A stretch of 63,937 nucleotides of DNA, the filler included, from Caldilineae bacterium (GTDB taxonomy: Bacteria > Chloroflexota > Anaerolineae > DTLA01), in NCBI GenBank assembly GCA_037446815.1. It is 13 parts of 13 records of this genome, joined end to end, with 100 filler letters (N's around TTAATTAATTAA, not from the genome) between each part and the next. Parts side by side here need not be neighbours in the genome. Positions count along the whole stretch, not along the records: positions 5,466 to 10,805 come from JBBIHX010000192.1; positions 10,906 to 16,135 come from JBBIHX010000193.1; positions 16,236 to 21,417 come from JBBIHX010000194.1; 10 more parts are not named here. One strand, 5' to 3'. Made by a program: the position numbers and the translations under genes. The notes under the pieces are model-generated. The model was not told the DNA's origin. It was given only the letters and a program-made list of their open reading frames with translations, and did no database searches. Shown piece by piece: positions 9,555-19,166 of the stretch. The first letter of the stretch is position 1, and the number at the start of each line of letters is the position of its first letter.

Positions 9555-10805
9555 ATGTCGGCAGACATCATCGTTGTGGGCGGGGGCGCGTCGGGCATGA
9601 TGGCGGCGGGCCGCGCGGCGGAACTGGGCGCCGACGTCCTGCTCCTGGAGAAGATGCCCCGCCTGGGCACCAAATTGCGCATCACCGGTAAGGGCCGCTG
9701 CAACCTGACCAACGTCGCCGCGTTGCAGGAGTTCATCGCGCACTTCGGCCCCAACGGCCGCTTCCTGTACAACGTCTTCAGCCGCTTCTTCGTAGACGAC
9801 CTGCGGGCGTTCTTTGAGCGCATGGGCGTGCCCACGGTGGTGGAGCGGGGCGGGCGCGTGTTCCCGCTGTCCAGCGAGGCCGCCGACGTAGCCGAGGCGC
9901 TGCGCCGCTACTGCCAGGGCGCGGGCGTGCGCGTGCGCTACAAGACGCCCGTGGACCGCCTGCTGGTGGAGGGCAAGCGCGTCGTCGGCGTGGGCGCTGG
10001 CGAGGAGGAGTTCCCCGCGCGCGCGGTCATCATCGCCACCGGCGGCGCGTCGTACCCGGGAACCGGCTCCACCGGCGACGGCTACCGGCTGGCGGCGTCG
10101 GTCGGCCACACCATCGTGCCCATCCGCCCGGCGCTGGTCCCGCTGGAGACCGCCGAGCCGTGGGTGCCCCGCATGATGGGCGTCTCGCTGCGGAACGTGC
10201 GGGCCACGCTCTACGTGGACGGCAAGCCCGTCGCCTCGCAGTTCGGCGAGATGCTGTTCACCCACTTCGGCCTGTCGGGGCCCATCATCTTGACGTTGAG
10301 CAGGCATCCCTCGCTGGCGCGGCGGCCATCGCCCCAGACGCGGGTAGAGGTGGGTGTGGACCTGAAGCCGGCCCTGTCCGACGAGACGCTGGACGCCCGC
10401 CTGCGCCGCGACCTGGACGCCCACGGCAAGCGCGCCTTCCGCTCCATCGTCAAGGGGCTGGTGCCGGCCAAGATGGTGGATGTGCTGGTGGAACTGTCGG
10501 GCGTGCCGGGGGACAAGCCCGCGCACCAGATCACGGCCCAGGAGCGGGCGCGGCTGTTCGCCTTGCTGCGCGACCTGCGCATGACGGTGGTAGGCCAGCG
10601 GCCCCTGCGCGAGGCCATCGTTACGGCGGGCGGCGTGGCGCTGGACGAGGTGGACCCGCGCACCCTGGAATCGCGGCGGGTGGCGGGGCTGTACTTCTGC
10701 GGCGAGGTGCTGGACCTGGACGCGGACACGGGCGGGTACAACCTGCAGGCGGCGTTCTCCACCGGCTGGGTCGCGGGCGAGAGCGCGGCGCGCGCCCAGA
10801 CGCGG
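9555..10805 (+). CDS. HI0933/BaiN family flavoprotein (stop lost at contig end)
   Basis: GGGASGMMAA, KLRITGKGRCNLTN, TGSTGDG, TGGYNLQAAFSTG. Confidence 0.93.
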
Positions 10806-10905
10806 NNNNNNNNNNNNNNNNNNNNNNNNNNNNNNNNNNNNNNNNNNNNTTAATTAATTAANNNNNNNNNNNNNNNNNNNNNNNNNNNNNNNNNNNNNNN
10901 NNNNN

Positions 10906-10939
10906 CATGCGGTTCACCAACACAGTTTGGAACCGAATC
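10906..10939. mobile_element. 150-bp MITE, partial end (contig start)
   Basis: TTCACCAACACAGTTTGGAACCGAATC matches the end of copy E. Confidence 0.8.
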
Positions 10940-10942
10940 CCA

Positions 10943-10990
10943 GGGGCTAAGGGCTAAAGGCTAGCGGCTAAAGGCTATGGGCTAGAGGCT
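10943..10990. repeat. Heptamer tandem repeat (NNGGCTA) x7
   Basis: Directly visible 7-bp periodicity. Confidence 0.8.
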
Positions 10991-11021
10991 ACCGACCGAG
11001 TAATGTTGCGAGGGAGAAGAC

Positions 11022-11159
11022 ATGACCTATCTGGTGGCTGCGTATTTCGTGTTCTGGGTATTGACCTTTGGGCTAGTGTTCAGCGTGTACCGCCGCCAGC
11101 AGAGCCTGCGGCGGGAGATTGAGATGCTGCGCGAGGAACTGGAGCGGCGCAAGGGATAA
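11022..11159 (+). CDS. CcmD-like small membrane protein (45 aa, absent from ORF track)
   Basis: MTYLVAAYFVFWVLTFGLVFSVYRRQQSLRREIEMLREELERRKG: TM helix then basic coiled tail; GGGAG RBS; directly upstream of ccdA. Confidence 0.7.
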   Translation: MTYLVAAYFVFWVLTFGLVFSVYRRQQSLRREIEMLREELERRKG

Positions 11160-11161
11160 TC

Positions 11162-11875
11162 ATGGACGGACAGAACGTGAGCCTGGCCCTGGCGTTCGTA
11201 GGGGGCCTGTTGTCGTTTGCGTCGCCCTGCGTACTGCCGCTCGTCCCCGCCTATCTGGGGTACTTGGGGAGCGGCACCGTCGCGGGAACGGTGAGCGACA
11301 GGAAGGCGGGCGTGCTCCATTCGCTGGCCTTTGTCGTGGGGTTCTCGCTGGTCTTCGTGGCGCTGGGCGCATCCGTCGGGGTCATCAGCAGCCTGTTGAG
11401 CCGTTACCTCGTCTGGATACAGCGCATCGGCGGCGTGGCGCTCATCGTGTTCGGGCTGCACACGCTGGGCCTGCTTCAGATCCCGTTCCTGTATTCGGAC
11501 ACGCGCGCCCAGATTCAGCGCAAGGGCGCGGGCTACGTGTCCTCGTTCCTGATGGGGGTGTTCTTCTCGGCGGGTTGGGCCCCATGCGTGGGGCCGATTC
11601 TGACCGCCATCCTGCTCCTTGCCAGCAATACCCAGACGGCAGGACAGGGTGCGCTGCTGTTGTTCGTGTACGCGCTGGGGCTGGGGGTGCCGTTCGTGTT
11701 GGCGGGGTTGGCAGTCGGGAGCCTGACCGCGTGGATTCGCCGCATGGGCCGGTACATGCAGTGGGTGTCCTGGATTAGCGGCGTGCTGTTGATTCTCATC
11801 GGGGTTGCCATTTTCACCGACTCGCTGCGGTTCCTGTCGGCCTATGGCAGCATCTTCAACCTCGGGATTGAGTGA
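11162..11875 (+). CDS. ccdA: Cytochrome c biogenesis protein CcdA
   Basis: SFASPCVLPLVP and GWAPCVGPIL motifs. Confidence 0.93.
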   Translation: MDGQNVSLALAFVGGLLSFASPCVLPLVPAYLGYLGSGTVAGTVSDRKAGVLHSLAFVVGFSLVFVALGASVGVISSLLSRYLVWIQRIGGVALIVFGLHTLGLLQIPFLYSDTRAQIQRKGAGYVSSFLMGVFFSAGWAPCVGPILTAILLLASNTQTAGQGALLLFVYALGLGVPFVLAGLAVGSLTAWIRRMGRYMQWVSWISGVLLILIGVAIFTDSLRFLSAYGSIFNLGIE

Positions 11876-12450
11876 GGAAGGCCGTGCAAAAGCGCATTAC
11901 GTTGATTCTGGTGCTTCTGGGCATCATCTTTCTTGTGGCCGGGCTGTTGTTGCTCAAAGGCGGGTCGGGCGGCACGGGTAGCACCAACACCATCGGCAAG
12001 GCGGTGCTCATCTCCGGCCTGAACCAGCCTACGGTGCAGAAGGGTTCGCCCGCGCCGGATTTTGAGATTGCCTACTCGGACGGGCGCAAGGTTCGGTTGA
12101 GCGATCTCAAGGGCAAGCCGATCTTGGTCAACTTCTGGGCGACATGGTGCCCGCCGTGCCGCGCCGAGGTGCCGGAGATTCAGAACGCCTACGAGAAGTA
12201 CAAGGCGAGCGGGTTCGTGGTGGTGGCCGTGAACGTCCAGGAGTCCACATCGGCCGTCGCCAAGTTCATGGAACAGTTCGGGATGACGTTCACGGTCGCC
12301 ATTGACTCGTCTGGGGCGGTGGGGCGGCTGTATCGGGTGAGCGGCATCCCGGCCAGTTTCTTCGTGGATCGCGCGGGCATCGTGCGCGAGATCATCGTCG
12401 GGTCGCTTACGGCGGCAGACCTGGAGCGACTGTACGCGCTCATCAAGTAG
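11872..12450 (+). CDS. TlpA/ResA-family thiol-disulfide oxidoreductase
   Basis: N-terminal anchor; NFWATWCPPC. Confidence 0.92.
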   Translation: MRKAVQKRITLILVLLGIIFLVAGLLLLKGGSGGTGSTNTIGKAVLISGLNQPTVQKGSPAPDFEIAYSDGRKVRLSDLKGKPILVNFWATWCPPCRAEVPEIQNAYEKYKASGFVVVAVNVQESTSAVAKFMEQFGMTFTVAIDSSGAVGRLYRVSGIPASFFVDRAGIVREIIVGSLTAADLERLYALIK

Positions 12451-12481
12451 GCGCGTCGCGGGCGCGTGGCCGGAAGGGTGC

Positions 12482-12631
12482 GATGCGGTTCCATCTTGTG
12501 TTGGTGAACCGTGGGCGCACTCTCCTCGTGTGTCATTGCGAGCGAAGCGAAGCAATCCCACGCCCCGGAGATTGCTTCGGGCACTGCGTGCCCTCGCAAT
12601 GACGGGTACCAACAGACTTTGGAACCGGATC
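12482..12631. mobile_element. 150-bp MITE copy B, TSD AAGGGTGC/AAGGATGC
   Basis: Full TIRs; 7/8 direct repeat at 12474-12481 and 12632-12639. Confidence 0.9.
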
Positions 12632-12641
12632 AAGGATGCGC

Positions 12642-13241
12642 ATGCAGAATCACGGGCAAGGCCCGAAGGCAACCGGCGTCGCGAGGGACTTGGTCATCGC
12701 GGCGGATCAGGCCATCTATGTGCTGTCTCGCCATTGGCTGCTGGTGGCGAACGTCCTGGCTGCGGTTTACGCGGGGCTGCCGGTTCTGTCTCCGTTTCTG
12801 AAGTCCAGGGGGTTTGAGTTCGCGGGGCAGTTGATTTTCGTGGCCTACCGCGTGGCGTGCCACCAGCGCCCCGAGCGTTCGTTCTTCCTGTTCGGCCAGC
12901 AGATGGCGTACTGCCAGCGGGACACGGCCACGTACACGACGGTGGTGCTGGCGGGCATCGCCTACGCGCTGCTGCGGCCGCGGGTGAAGCCGCTGTCGCT
13001 GTTGGGCGCGGCGCTTATGATTGTGCCGCTGGCGGTGGACGGGACCGGCCAGTTGTTCGGCCTGTGGACGAGCACGTGGTGGTCGCGGGTGGTTACCGGC
13101 GCGCTGTTCGGGCTTGCGCTGGTGTGGCTGGTGTACCCGCGCATAGACGAGGGGTTGGCCGAGGCGCGCAGGGAGATAGAGGCGCGCTTCGCCAAGGCGG
13201 GCATCCCGTTGCCGGGCGCCAGGCGGGGAGGCCGGACCTAG
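12642..13241 (+). CDS. DUF2085 family membrane protein
   Basis: CHQRPERSF, CQRD, PLAVDG motifs. Confidence 0.8.
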   Translation: MQNHGQGPKATGVARDLVIAADQAIYVLSRHWLLVANVLAAVYAGLPVLSPFLKSRGFEFAGQLIFVAYRVACHQRPERSFFLFGQQMAYCQRDTATYTTVVLAGIAYALLRPRVKPLSLLGAALMIVPLAVDGTGQLFGLWTSTWWSRVVTGALFGLALVWLVYPRIDEGLAEARREIEARFAKAGIPLPGARRGGRT

Positions 13242-13341
13242 CGGCGGCCCCCCCTGCCATTCTGCGCGGGTTGGGTCCGGTGCTCCGGGCCGACGCGAGG
13301 GCGGGGCGCGCTGCGGAACCGTTTTGCGCGCATGCCTGGAT

Positions 13342-13370
13342 TTGGACAAAATGCCATAGTGGGATATACT
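13342..13370 (+). promoter_or_regulatory. Sigma70-like promoter of rpsT
   Basis: TTGGAC-17-TATACT upstream of the GGAGGAG RBS. Confidence 0.55.
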
Positions 13371-13401
13371 ACGGTGCTATTGTAACAAGGGAGGAGTATC
13401 T

Positions 13402-13683
13402 TTGGCGAACACGAAGTCTGCAATCAAACGAATCCGCATCTCGCGCAAGCGCGCTGTGCGCAACCGCGTGTATCGCTCCAGCGCCCGCACCTACGTGAAA
13501 AAGGCGCGGGCCGCGATCCTGGAAGGGGCCACACCCGAGCAGCAGATAGACGCCCTTCGCCAGGCGATTCGCGCGCTGGACGTGGCCGCGGAGCGCGGCG
13601 TTCTGCACAAGAACAACGCCGCCCGCCGCAAGTCCAGGCTGATGCGGCTCTACAACAAGGCCCAGCAGGAAGCGCAAGCCTAG
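13402..13683 (+). CDS. rpsT: 30S ribosomal protein S20
   Basis: ANTKSAIKR...HKNNAARRKSRL; TTG start. Confidence 0.97.
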   Translation: MANTKSAIKRIRISRKRAVRNRVYRSSARTYVKKARAAILEGATPEQQIDALRQAIRALDVAAERGVLHKNNAARRKSRLMRLYNKAQQEAQA

Positions 13684-13807
13684 CCGTTGCGGCATTGGCT
13701 CTCGGAGCCACCAAGTTACAGACCCCGCCAGCCCTGAAGCGGAGACATCCGCCGAAGGGCTGGTTCTGCTTGCATGCGCAGGCGAGAATCTGCGCGCGGA
13801 GGATGCC

Positions 13808-14635
13808 ATGGCCGAGTCGGATTTGTCCCAACAGGCGCTGGCGCGCTTGCTGGCCGGGGTGCCCTTTGTAACGCAGGCGCTCTACCTGCAGGCCACGACG
13901 TCCACCAACGATGTCCTCAAAGGCATGGCCCGCGAAGGCGCGCCGGAGGGCACGCTCGTCCTGGCCGATGAGCAGACGGCCGGGCGCGGGCGGCTCAACC
14001 GTAAGTGGCTTGCGCCGGCGGGAACCAGCCTGCTGTTCTCCCTGCTGTTTCGCCCGTCGTCGGCTTGGCCCAACGACGCGGCGTTCCGGTCTCCGCTGGT
14101 GTACACCATGATCTGCTCGCTGGCGGTGCGGGATGCTGCGCGGCGCGTGCTAGGGATTCCTGTCGGCATCAAGTGGCCCAACGACCTGACGCACGACGGA
14201 CGGAAACTGGGGGGCATCCTCACGGAAATCAGCACGGACGCCGAGGGCGCGCGCCACGTCGTTGTCGGCATCGGCCTCAACGTCAACTGGGATCCGTCCG
14301 ATGCGGAGTTTGACTATCCGGCGACGAGTCTCAGCAACGCCGTCGGCCATCCGGTGGCGCGGGGGGAGTTCGTGCGCGCGGTGGTGGAGCGCATCGCCGA
14401 CCGCTACGCCGACCTCCGCGCGGGCGTGTCGCCGCTGCGGGAGTGGGAAGCCGCCCTGGACACCATCGGGCGGGAGGTGGTGGTGGAACTTCCGGGCGAG
14501 CGGCTCATCGGCGTGGCCGTGGGCGTGGACGCCGACGGCGCGCTCCTTGTGCGGATGGGCGACGGGGTTCGGCGCGTTGTGGCCGGGGATGTGCGGCTGC
14601 GGGACGCGGGGGCTGCCCCGTCGCGGCGTCGCTAG
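13808..14635 (+). CDS. birA: Biotin--protein ligase (no N-terminal HTH)
   Basis: STND, QTAGRGR, KWPND, KLGGIL, GIGLN. Confidence 0.94.
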   Translation: MAESDLSQQALARLLAGVPFVTQALYLQATTSTNDVLKGMAREGAPEGTLVLADEQTAGRGRLNRKWLAPAGTSLLFSLLFRPSSAWPNDAAFRSPLVYTMICSLAVRDAARRVLGIPVGIKWPNDLTHDGRKLGGILTEISTDAEGARHVVVGIGLNVNWDPSDAEFDYPATSLSNAVGHPVARGEFVRAVVERIADRYADLRAGVSPLREWEAALDTIGREVVVELPGERLIGVAVGVDADGALLVRMGDGVRRVVAGDVRLRDAGAAPSRRR

Positions 14636-15618
14636 CCGATGCCCCGCGAATACAGAAACCACATCCCGCCAACATAGCCCAACATGAGCAGCGCCGCGTC
14701 CACCTCAACGAATAGGATGCGCCGTTCCGCCCGCGCCAGGTTGTTGATGAGTCCCAACGACGTGAGGAGCAGCCCGAGCAGCCCGGCGATGGCGAAGGCC
14801 GGATCCACGATGTGCAAGAACCGCCCCGGCAGGTAGAACACGTCCGTAATGCCGAGGATGAAGATGTTGAACAGGTTGCTGCCGAAGAGGTTGCCCACGG
14901 CCAGGTCATAGGCTCCCAGGCGCGCCGCTGCGACCACAGCGGTCAGTTCCGGCAGGGACGTAACAATGGCGACCAGCAGGGCGCCCACGAACCCGGTGCT
15001 CAGCCCCGTAATCTCGGCGATTCCAACGCTGCTGCGCACCAGCCACGGCGTGGCGAGCACGAGCGCGCCGCTGGCGGCGGCAAACCCCACGAGCGCCCAC
15101 GGGAGCGATGGGACGCCGACGATGGCCGCGGCGTCGGACTCACCCCCGGCCGGCCGCGGCGAATCCCCCTGGATGAGGCGAACGCCCATGATGTACGTGC
15201 CCATGAGCAGCAGGCTGTCCAGGCCAACCCAGCCGATGTGCGCGTCAATGTCCGCCAGGATGAAGAAGATCGCCATCGCGGAGATGAACACGGCGAGGCT
15301 GGCGGTCAGCGCGTGCTTGGTTGCCACCCGCCGCAGGATGCGCGCCTGCCAGAACACTGCGTCCAGCGCGGCGAGAAGGAACATGTTGAACATGTTGCTG
15401 CCGAAGACGTTGCCTGCTGCCAAGTTCGGCACATTCTGGCTCAAGGAGTTGAGGGTGGTGAGCAGTTCGGGGAGCGATGTGGCCCCTGCCATGAGCAATG
15501 TGCCGATGAATAGGCCGCCGAGGCGCGTGCGCACCGAGATGGCGTCGCCGTATTCGGCCAGTTTGATGGCAGCGGCCACGACTACGGCGGCGCTGAGGAT
15601 GAACTGTAGCCAGATCAT
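14632..15618 (-). CDS. Sodium:calcium antiporter (CaCA/YrbG-like)
   Basis: Two alpha repeats, TSLPE...GSNMFN and TSLPE...GSNLFN. Confidence 0.92.
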   Translation of the reverse strand: MIWLQFILSAAVVVAAAIKLAEYGDAISVRTRLGGLFIGTLLMAGATSLPELLTTLNSLSQNVPNLAAGNVFGSNMFNMFLLAALDAVFWQARILRRVATKHALTASLAVFISAMAIFFILADIDAHIGWVGLDSLLLMGTYIMGVRLIQGDSPRPAGGESDAAAIVGVPSLPWALVGFAAASGALVLATPWLVRSSVGIAEITGLSTGFVGALLVAIVTSLPELTAVVAAARLGAYDLAVGNLFGSNLFNIFILGITDVFYLPGRFLHIVDPAFAIAGLLGLLLTSLGLINNLARAERRILFVEVDAALLMLGYVGGMWFLYSRGIG

Positions 15619-15980
15619 CGGTGTTCCTCCGAGTGCCGTGGCTGTTTGGGGATTCCCTTCACCGTCGCGAGGGGCCAGGCCGCCAGGATGCCGGTGTCGG
15701 GCCGGCTCAGGTTGCCCACGACGCTCTCGGTCGCCTCAATGCAGCGCTGCACCAGGCCCTCGTCCTCCACGATGGCGAACAGGGTGTAGTGGTAGCAATC
15801 CACGCACTCGCTGCCGCCGAAGCCGAAACTGAAGCGCATGGGGATGTGGGCCTTGGCGCGTCGGCGCTGTCGCCCGGTGCTCTCCACAATGGTAGCGCCG
15901 CTGATGCCTGCTGCATCCCAGGCGTCCAGCACCGCATCCAGTTTCTGAGGGTCATTCAGCACGTAGAAAATCATGTACAT
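15615..15980 (-). CDS. PII-like (GlnB-fold) protein
   Basis: GISGATIVESTG and C-terminal PDTGIL...VKG pattern; translationally coupled to the antiporter. Confidence 0.6.
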   Translation of the reverse strand: MYMIFYVLNDPQKLDAVLDAWDAAGISGATIVESTGRQRRRAKAHIPMRFSFGFGGSECVDCYHYTLFAIVEDEGLVQRCIEATESVVGNLSRPDTGILAAWPLATVKGIPKQPRHSEEHR

Positions 15981-16083
15981 GGCCTTTCGCTCCTCCCGCG
16001 GGTATCCCGCCTGCTTGTTGGGTGTGCGGCGAGTATACCGTGCCGTGGGGTTGGCGTCAACGACGGCGGTGGAGGCCATCATT

Positions 16084-16116
16084 CCCTCGCCCGCCGGGAG
16101 AGGGCCAGGGTGAGGG
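16084..16116. repeat. CCCTCACCC...GAGGG hairpin family; also ~16276-16308, 21573-21606, 37225-37258, 51522-51553, 55676-55708, variants ~20965-21007, 26347-26389
   Basis: Recurrent CCCTCACCCCAGCCCTCTCCC-N-GGGAGAGGG motif in either orientation. Confidence 0.75.
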
Positions 16117-16239
16117 CCGACGCCCCATCGCCCGCNNNNNNNNNNNNNNNNNNNNNNNNNNNNNNNNNNNNNNNNNNNNTTAATTAATTAANNNNNNNNN
16201 NNNNNNNNNNNNNNNNNNNNNNNNNNNNNNNNNNNCTAC

Positions 16240-16335
16240 TGTCATTCTGAGCGGCGAAGCCGCGAAGAATCTCGTCCCTCACCCCAGCCCTCTCCCGAAG
16301 GGCGAGGGCGTATCGCCTTCGGCTCAGCATGACAG
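16240..16335. repeat. Cluster of GTCA-type REP-like hairpins
   Basis: TGTCATTCTGAGCGGCGAAGCCGCGAAGAATCTC and an inverted CTCAGCATGACA copy. Confidence 0.8.
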
Positions 16336-16392
16336 AGCGGAGAGCCGGTGCGCGGGATAGACCAACACAAGATGAAACCGAGTTGAGAGGCG

Positions 16393-16542
16393 GACACGGT
16401 TCCATCTTGTGTTGGTGAACCGTAGGCACACCCTCCTCGTGTGTCATTGCGAGCGAAGCGAAGCAATCCCACGCCCTGGAGATTGCTTCGGGCGCTCCGC
16501 GCCCTCGCAATGACAGCCACCAACAGACTTTGGAACCGAGTT
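16393..16542. mobile_element. 150-bp MITE copy C, TSD GAGAGGCG; solo MITE end at 16361-16384
   Basis: Direct repeat at 16385-16392 and 16543-16550. Confidence 0.92.
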
Positions 16543-16557
16543 GAGAGGCGGGGCATG

Positions 16558-16587
16558 TGGACAGATTGCCGCCCCCCGTGCTATACT
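16558..16587 (+). promoter_or_regulatory. Sigma70-like promoter TGGACA-18-TATACT with extended -10 TG
   Basis: -35 box is 15 bp from the MITE end; upstream of the acetyltransferase gene. Confidence 0.65.
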
Positions 16588-16614
16588 TCCCGCATCCACC
16601 ATGGGGAGGCTACG

Positions 16615-17724
16615 ATGGACATTGTCCAGGCCACGACAAAGGCCCAGGTTCGGGAGTTCGCCCTGCTTCCCTATGCCCACTACCGCGGCGATGCCGGCTG
16701 GATTCCGCCGCTGCGCTCGGAGCAACTGCGCCTGTTCGCGCCCGACACCAACCCGCTCCTGCGCCATTGCGACTACGCGCTGTTCCTGCTCCGCGACGGC
16801 GGGCGCACCGTCGGGCGGGTGGCGGCGTTTGTGGATCATCTGGCGGTGGACTACTGGCAGACGCCCATCGGGTTCTTCGGCTCCTACGAGTGCGTGGACG
16901 ACAGCGCGGCGTCGCGCTTGCTGCTGGACACGGCGCGGGACTACCTGCGGGCGCGCGGGATGACCATCATGCGCGGCCCCATCAGTTTCTCGTCGCAGGA
17001 GTGGGGGTTCGTGGTGCAGGGCTACGAGCATCCGCCCACCATCATGGCCCCGTACAACCCGCCGTATTACAACGCCCACGCCGAGGCCTATGGCCTGCGT
17101 AAGGCCAAAGACCTGCTGGTGTACGAGGCCGACGTGTCCAAGGGGTACGTGATTCCCGAGCGCTACCTGCGCATGATGGACGCCATCGCCGAGCGGCACG
17201 GCGTGTCGCTGCGGCCGCTGAACATGCGCCGCTACCGCGAGGACGCGCAGATCATCATGGATTTGTCCAACCTGTCCATCGCCAACAACTGGGGCTACTA
17301 TCCTGTAACAGAGGCGGAGGCCGAGCAGATGGCCCGCGACCTGAAGCAGATCGTCCACCCCGAGGCGGTGCTCATCGCCGAGGCGGGGGGCCGCGCCATC
17401 GGCTTCACCATCACCCTGCCCGACATCAACGTTCTGCTGCGCGGGCTGAACGGGCGGCTGTTCCCCTTCGGGTTCGTGAAACTCCTGTGGGGGCTGCCGC
17501 GCTTGCGCCGGTACCGGTTCTTCGCGCTGGGCGTGCATCCCGACTACCACGGGCTTGGGATTGACTCGCTGCTGTACGCGCGCACATGGCAGGCGCTGGC
17601 CCGCCGCAACGTGCGCGTGGAGATTGACTACGTGCTGGAAGACAATGTGCCCATGAACAACGCCCTGCACCGCCTGGGCGTGAAGCACATCAAGACCTAT
17701 CGGGTGTACGAAATGCCGACATAG
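16615..17724 (+). CDS. GNAT-fold N-acetyltransferase (YghO-like)
   Basis: GRVAAF, GFFG.YEC, PYNPPYY, LPDIN, GRLFPFG, LEDNVPM. Confidence 0.85.
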   Translation: MDIVQATTKAQVREFALLPYAHYRGDAGWIPPLRSEQLRLFAPDTNPLLRHCDYALFLLRDGGRTVGRVAAFVDHLAVDYWQTPIGFFGSYECVDDSAASRLLLDTARDYLRARGMTIMRGPISFSSQEWGFVVQGYEHPPTIMAPYNPPYYNAHAEAYGLRKAKDLLVYEADVSKGYVIPERYLRMMDAIAERHGVSLRPLNMRRYREDAQIIMDLSNLSIANNWGYYPVTEAEAEQMARDLKQIVHPEAVLIAEAGGRAIGFTITLPDINVLLRGLNGRLFPFGFVKLLWGLPRLRRYRFFALGVHPDYHGLGIDSLLYARTWQALARRNVRVEIDYVLEDNVPMNNALHRLGVKHIKTYRVYEMPT

Positions 17725-17824
17725 CCATCAGCGATCAGCAGTCAGCAGTCGGCGATCGGCTGTGAGCGGTATAACCGATTTCTTGACGCCTGCTGATTGC
17801 TGGTTGCCGATGCTGACCGCTACC
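17723..17824. repeat. Inverted heptamer repeat array (CAGC(A/G)NT forward, GCTGA reverse)
   Basis: 7-bp periodic units on one strand followed by their complements. Confidence 0.7.
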
Positions 17825-17837
17825 AGTGGAGGACATC

Positions 17838-19166
17838 ATGACCAACAGTCTCATCCGCTCGGTGGGCATCATCACCCTGGACGATGCGGGGACAGTGCTC
17901 ACCGACGCCGACCTCGCCGTGAGCGGCGGGCGCATCGTAGCCGTGGGCCGCGCTCCGGACGATTTCCCCGCCGATGAGGTCGTGGACGGGCGGGGCAAGG
18001 TAGCGGTGCCCGGCTTCTTCAACGCCCACACCCACGCGCCGATGACGCTGGTGCGGGGCTGGGCCGAGGACTTGCCGCTGGATCGCTGGTTCAACGAGCG
18101 CATCTGGGTGGCCGAGTCGGCCCTGGAGGAGGAAGACGTGCGCTGGGGGGCCTATCTGGCCGCTGCCGAGATGATTCGGTCGGGCACCGTTGCCTTCGCC
18201 GACCATTACTTCTGGATGGATCGCGTGGCCGAGGTGGTGGAAGAAAGCGGCCTGAAGGCGACGCTGGCCTGGTGCGTGTTTGGGCTGGGCGCGGAGCAGG
18301 AAATCGGCGGGACGACGCTGGCCCGCACGGTGGAGTTCGTGCGACGGTGGCAGGGCGCGGCGGGCGGCCGCATCCGCACGGTGCTGGGCCCCCATTCGCC
18401 CTATGTCTGCTCGCCCGAGTTCCTGGCCCAAGTGGCCGCTGTGTCGGCAGAACTGGGCGTCGGCTGCCACATCCACGCCGCCGAGTCCCAGGCGCAGGTG
18501 GATGCTTCACGGGCGCGCCACGGCGCCACGCCCATCGGCCATCTAGCGCGGCTGGGCATCCTGGACCGCCCCGCCATCGTGGCCCATGCCATCTACCTGG
18601 GCGAGGGCGACATGGAGATTCTCGCCGAGAAGCGCGCCACCGTGGTGCAGTGTCCCAATTGCCACATGAAACTGGGCATGGGCACGACGCGGGTGCCGGA
18701 CTTGCTGGCGGCGGGGGTGAATGTGGCGCTGGGCACCGATGGCACCGCCAGCAACAACAACCTGGACATGCTGGAGGAGGCGCGGCTGGCGGCGCTGGTG
18801 CAGAAGCACGACCGCCGCGATCCCGAAGTCCTGGCGGGAGACGTGCCTCTGCGCCTGGCGACGCAGGCCGGGGCGCGGGCTATGGGGTTCGCCGATAGCG
18901 GCGTCATCGCGCCGGGCCGCCCCGCCGACATCGCGCTGTGGGATTTCAACCGGCCCCATCTGCGGCCGCGACACAACCGCGTGGCGAACCTGCTCCACGC
19001 GGCGCGCGCCGGCGACGTTACCGATGTCATGGTGGACGGTCGGTGGCTCCTGCGCGGCGGCCAACTCCAGACGTTGGATGAGGAGCGCATCCTGTGGGAG
19101 GCCGAGCGCCGCGCCTTCCGCATGGTGGGCAGCGATTTGAAGCAGGTGCGGGCGTATAGGGTATAG
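17838..19166 (+). CDS. Amidohydrolase, MTA/SAH deaminase-like
   Basis: PGFFNAHTH, GPHSPY, HIHAAE, LGTDG. Confidence 0.9.
   Translation: MTNSLIRSVGIITLDDAGTVLTDADLAVSGGRIVAVGRAPDDFPADEVVDGRGKVAVPGFFNAHTHAPMTLVRGWAEDLPLDRWFNERIWVAESALEEEDVRWGAYLAAAEMIRSGTVAFADHYFWMDRVAEVVEESGLKATLAWCVFGLGAEQEIGGTTLARTVEFVRRWQGAAGGRIRTVLGPHSPYVCSPEFLAQVAAVSAELGVGCHIHAAESQAQVDASRARHGATPIGHLARLGILDRPAIVAHAIYLGEGDMEILAEKRATVVQCPNCHMKLGMGTTRVPDLLAAGVNVALGTDGTASNNNLDMLEEARLAALVQKHDRRDPEVLAGDVPLRLATQAGARAMGFADSGVIAPGRPADIALWDFNRPHLRPRHNRVANLLHAARAGDVTDVMVDGRWLLRGGQLQTLDEERILWEAERRAFRMVGSDLKQVRAYRV

Noticed and set aside
12511..12817. Recurrent ORFs such as MSLRAKRSNPTP... and ...LLRFARNDTRGE
   Set aside because: These are translations of the MITE and REP sequence. 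They also inflate the N-termini of the 5975 and 16441 ORFs.
13695..13770. Possible RNA gene after rpsT (ends in GCCACCA, with hairpins)
   Set aside because: No cloverleaf or T-loop; more likely a simple stem-loop.
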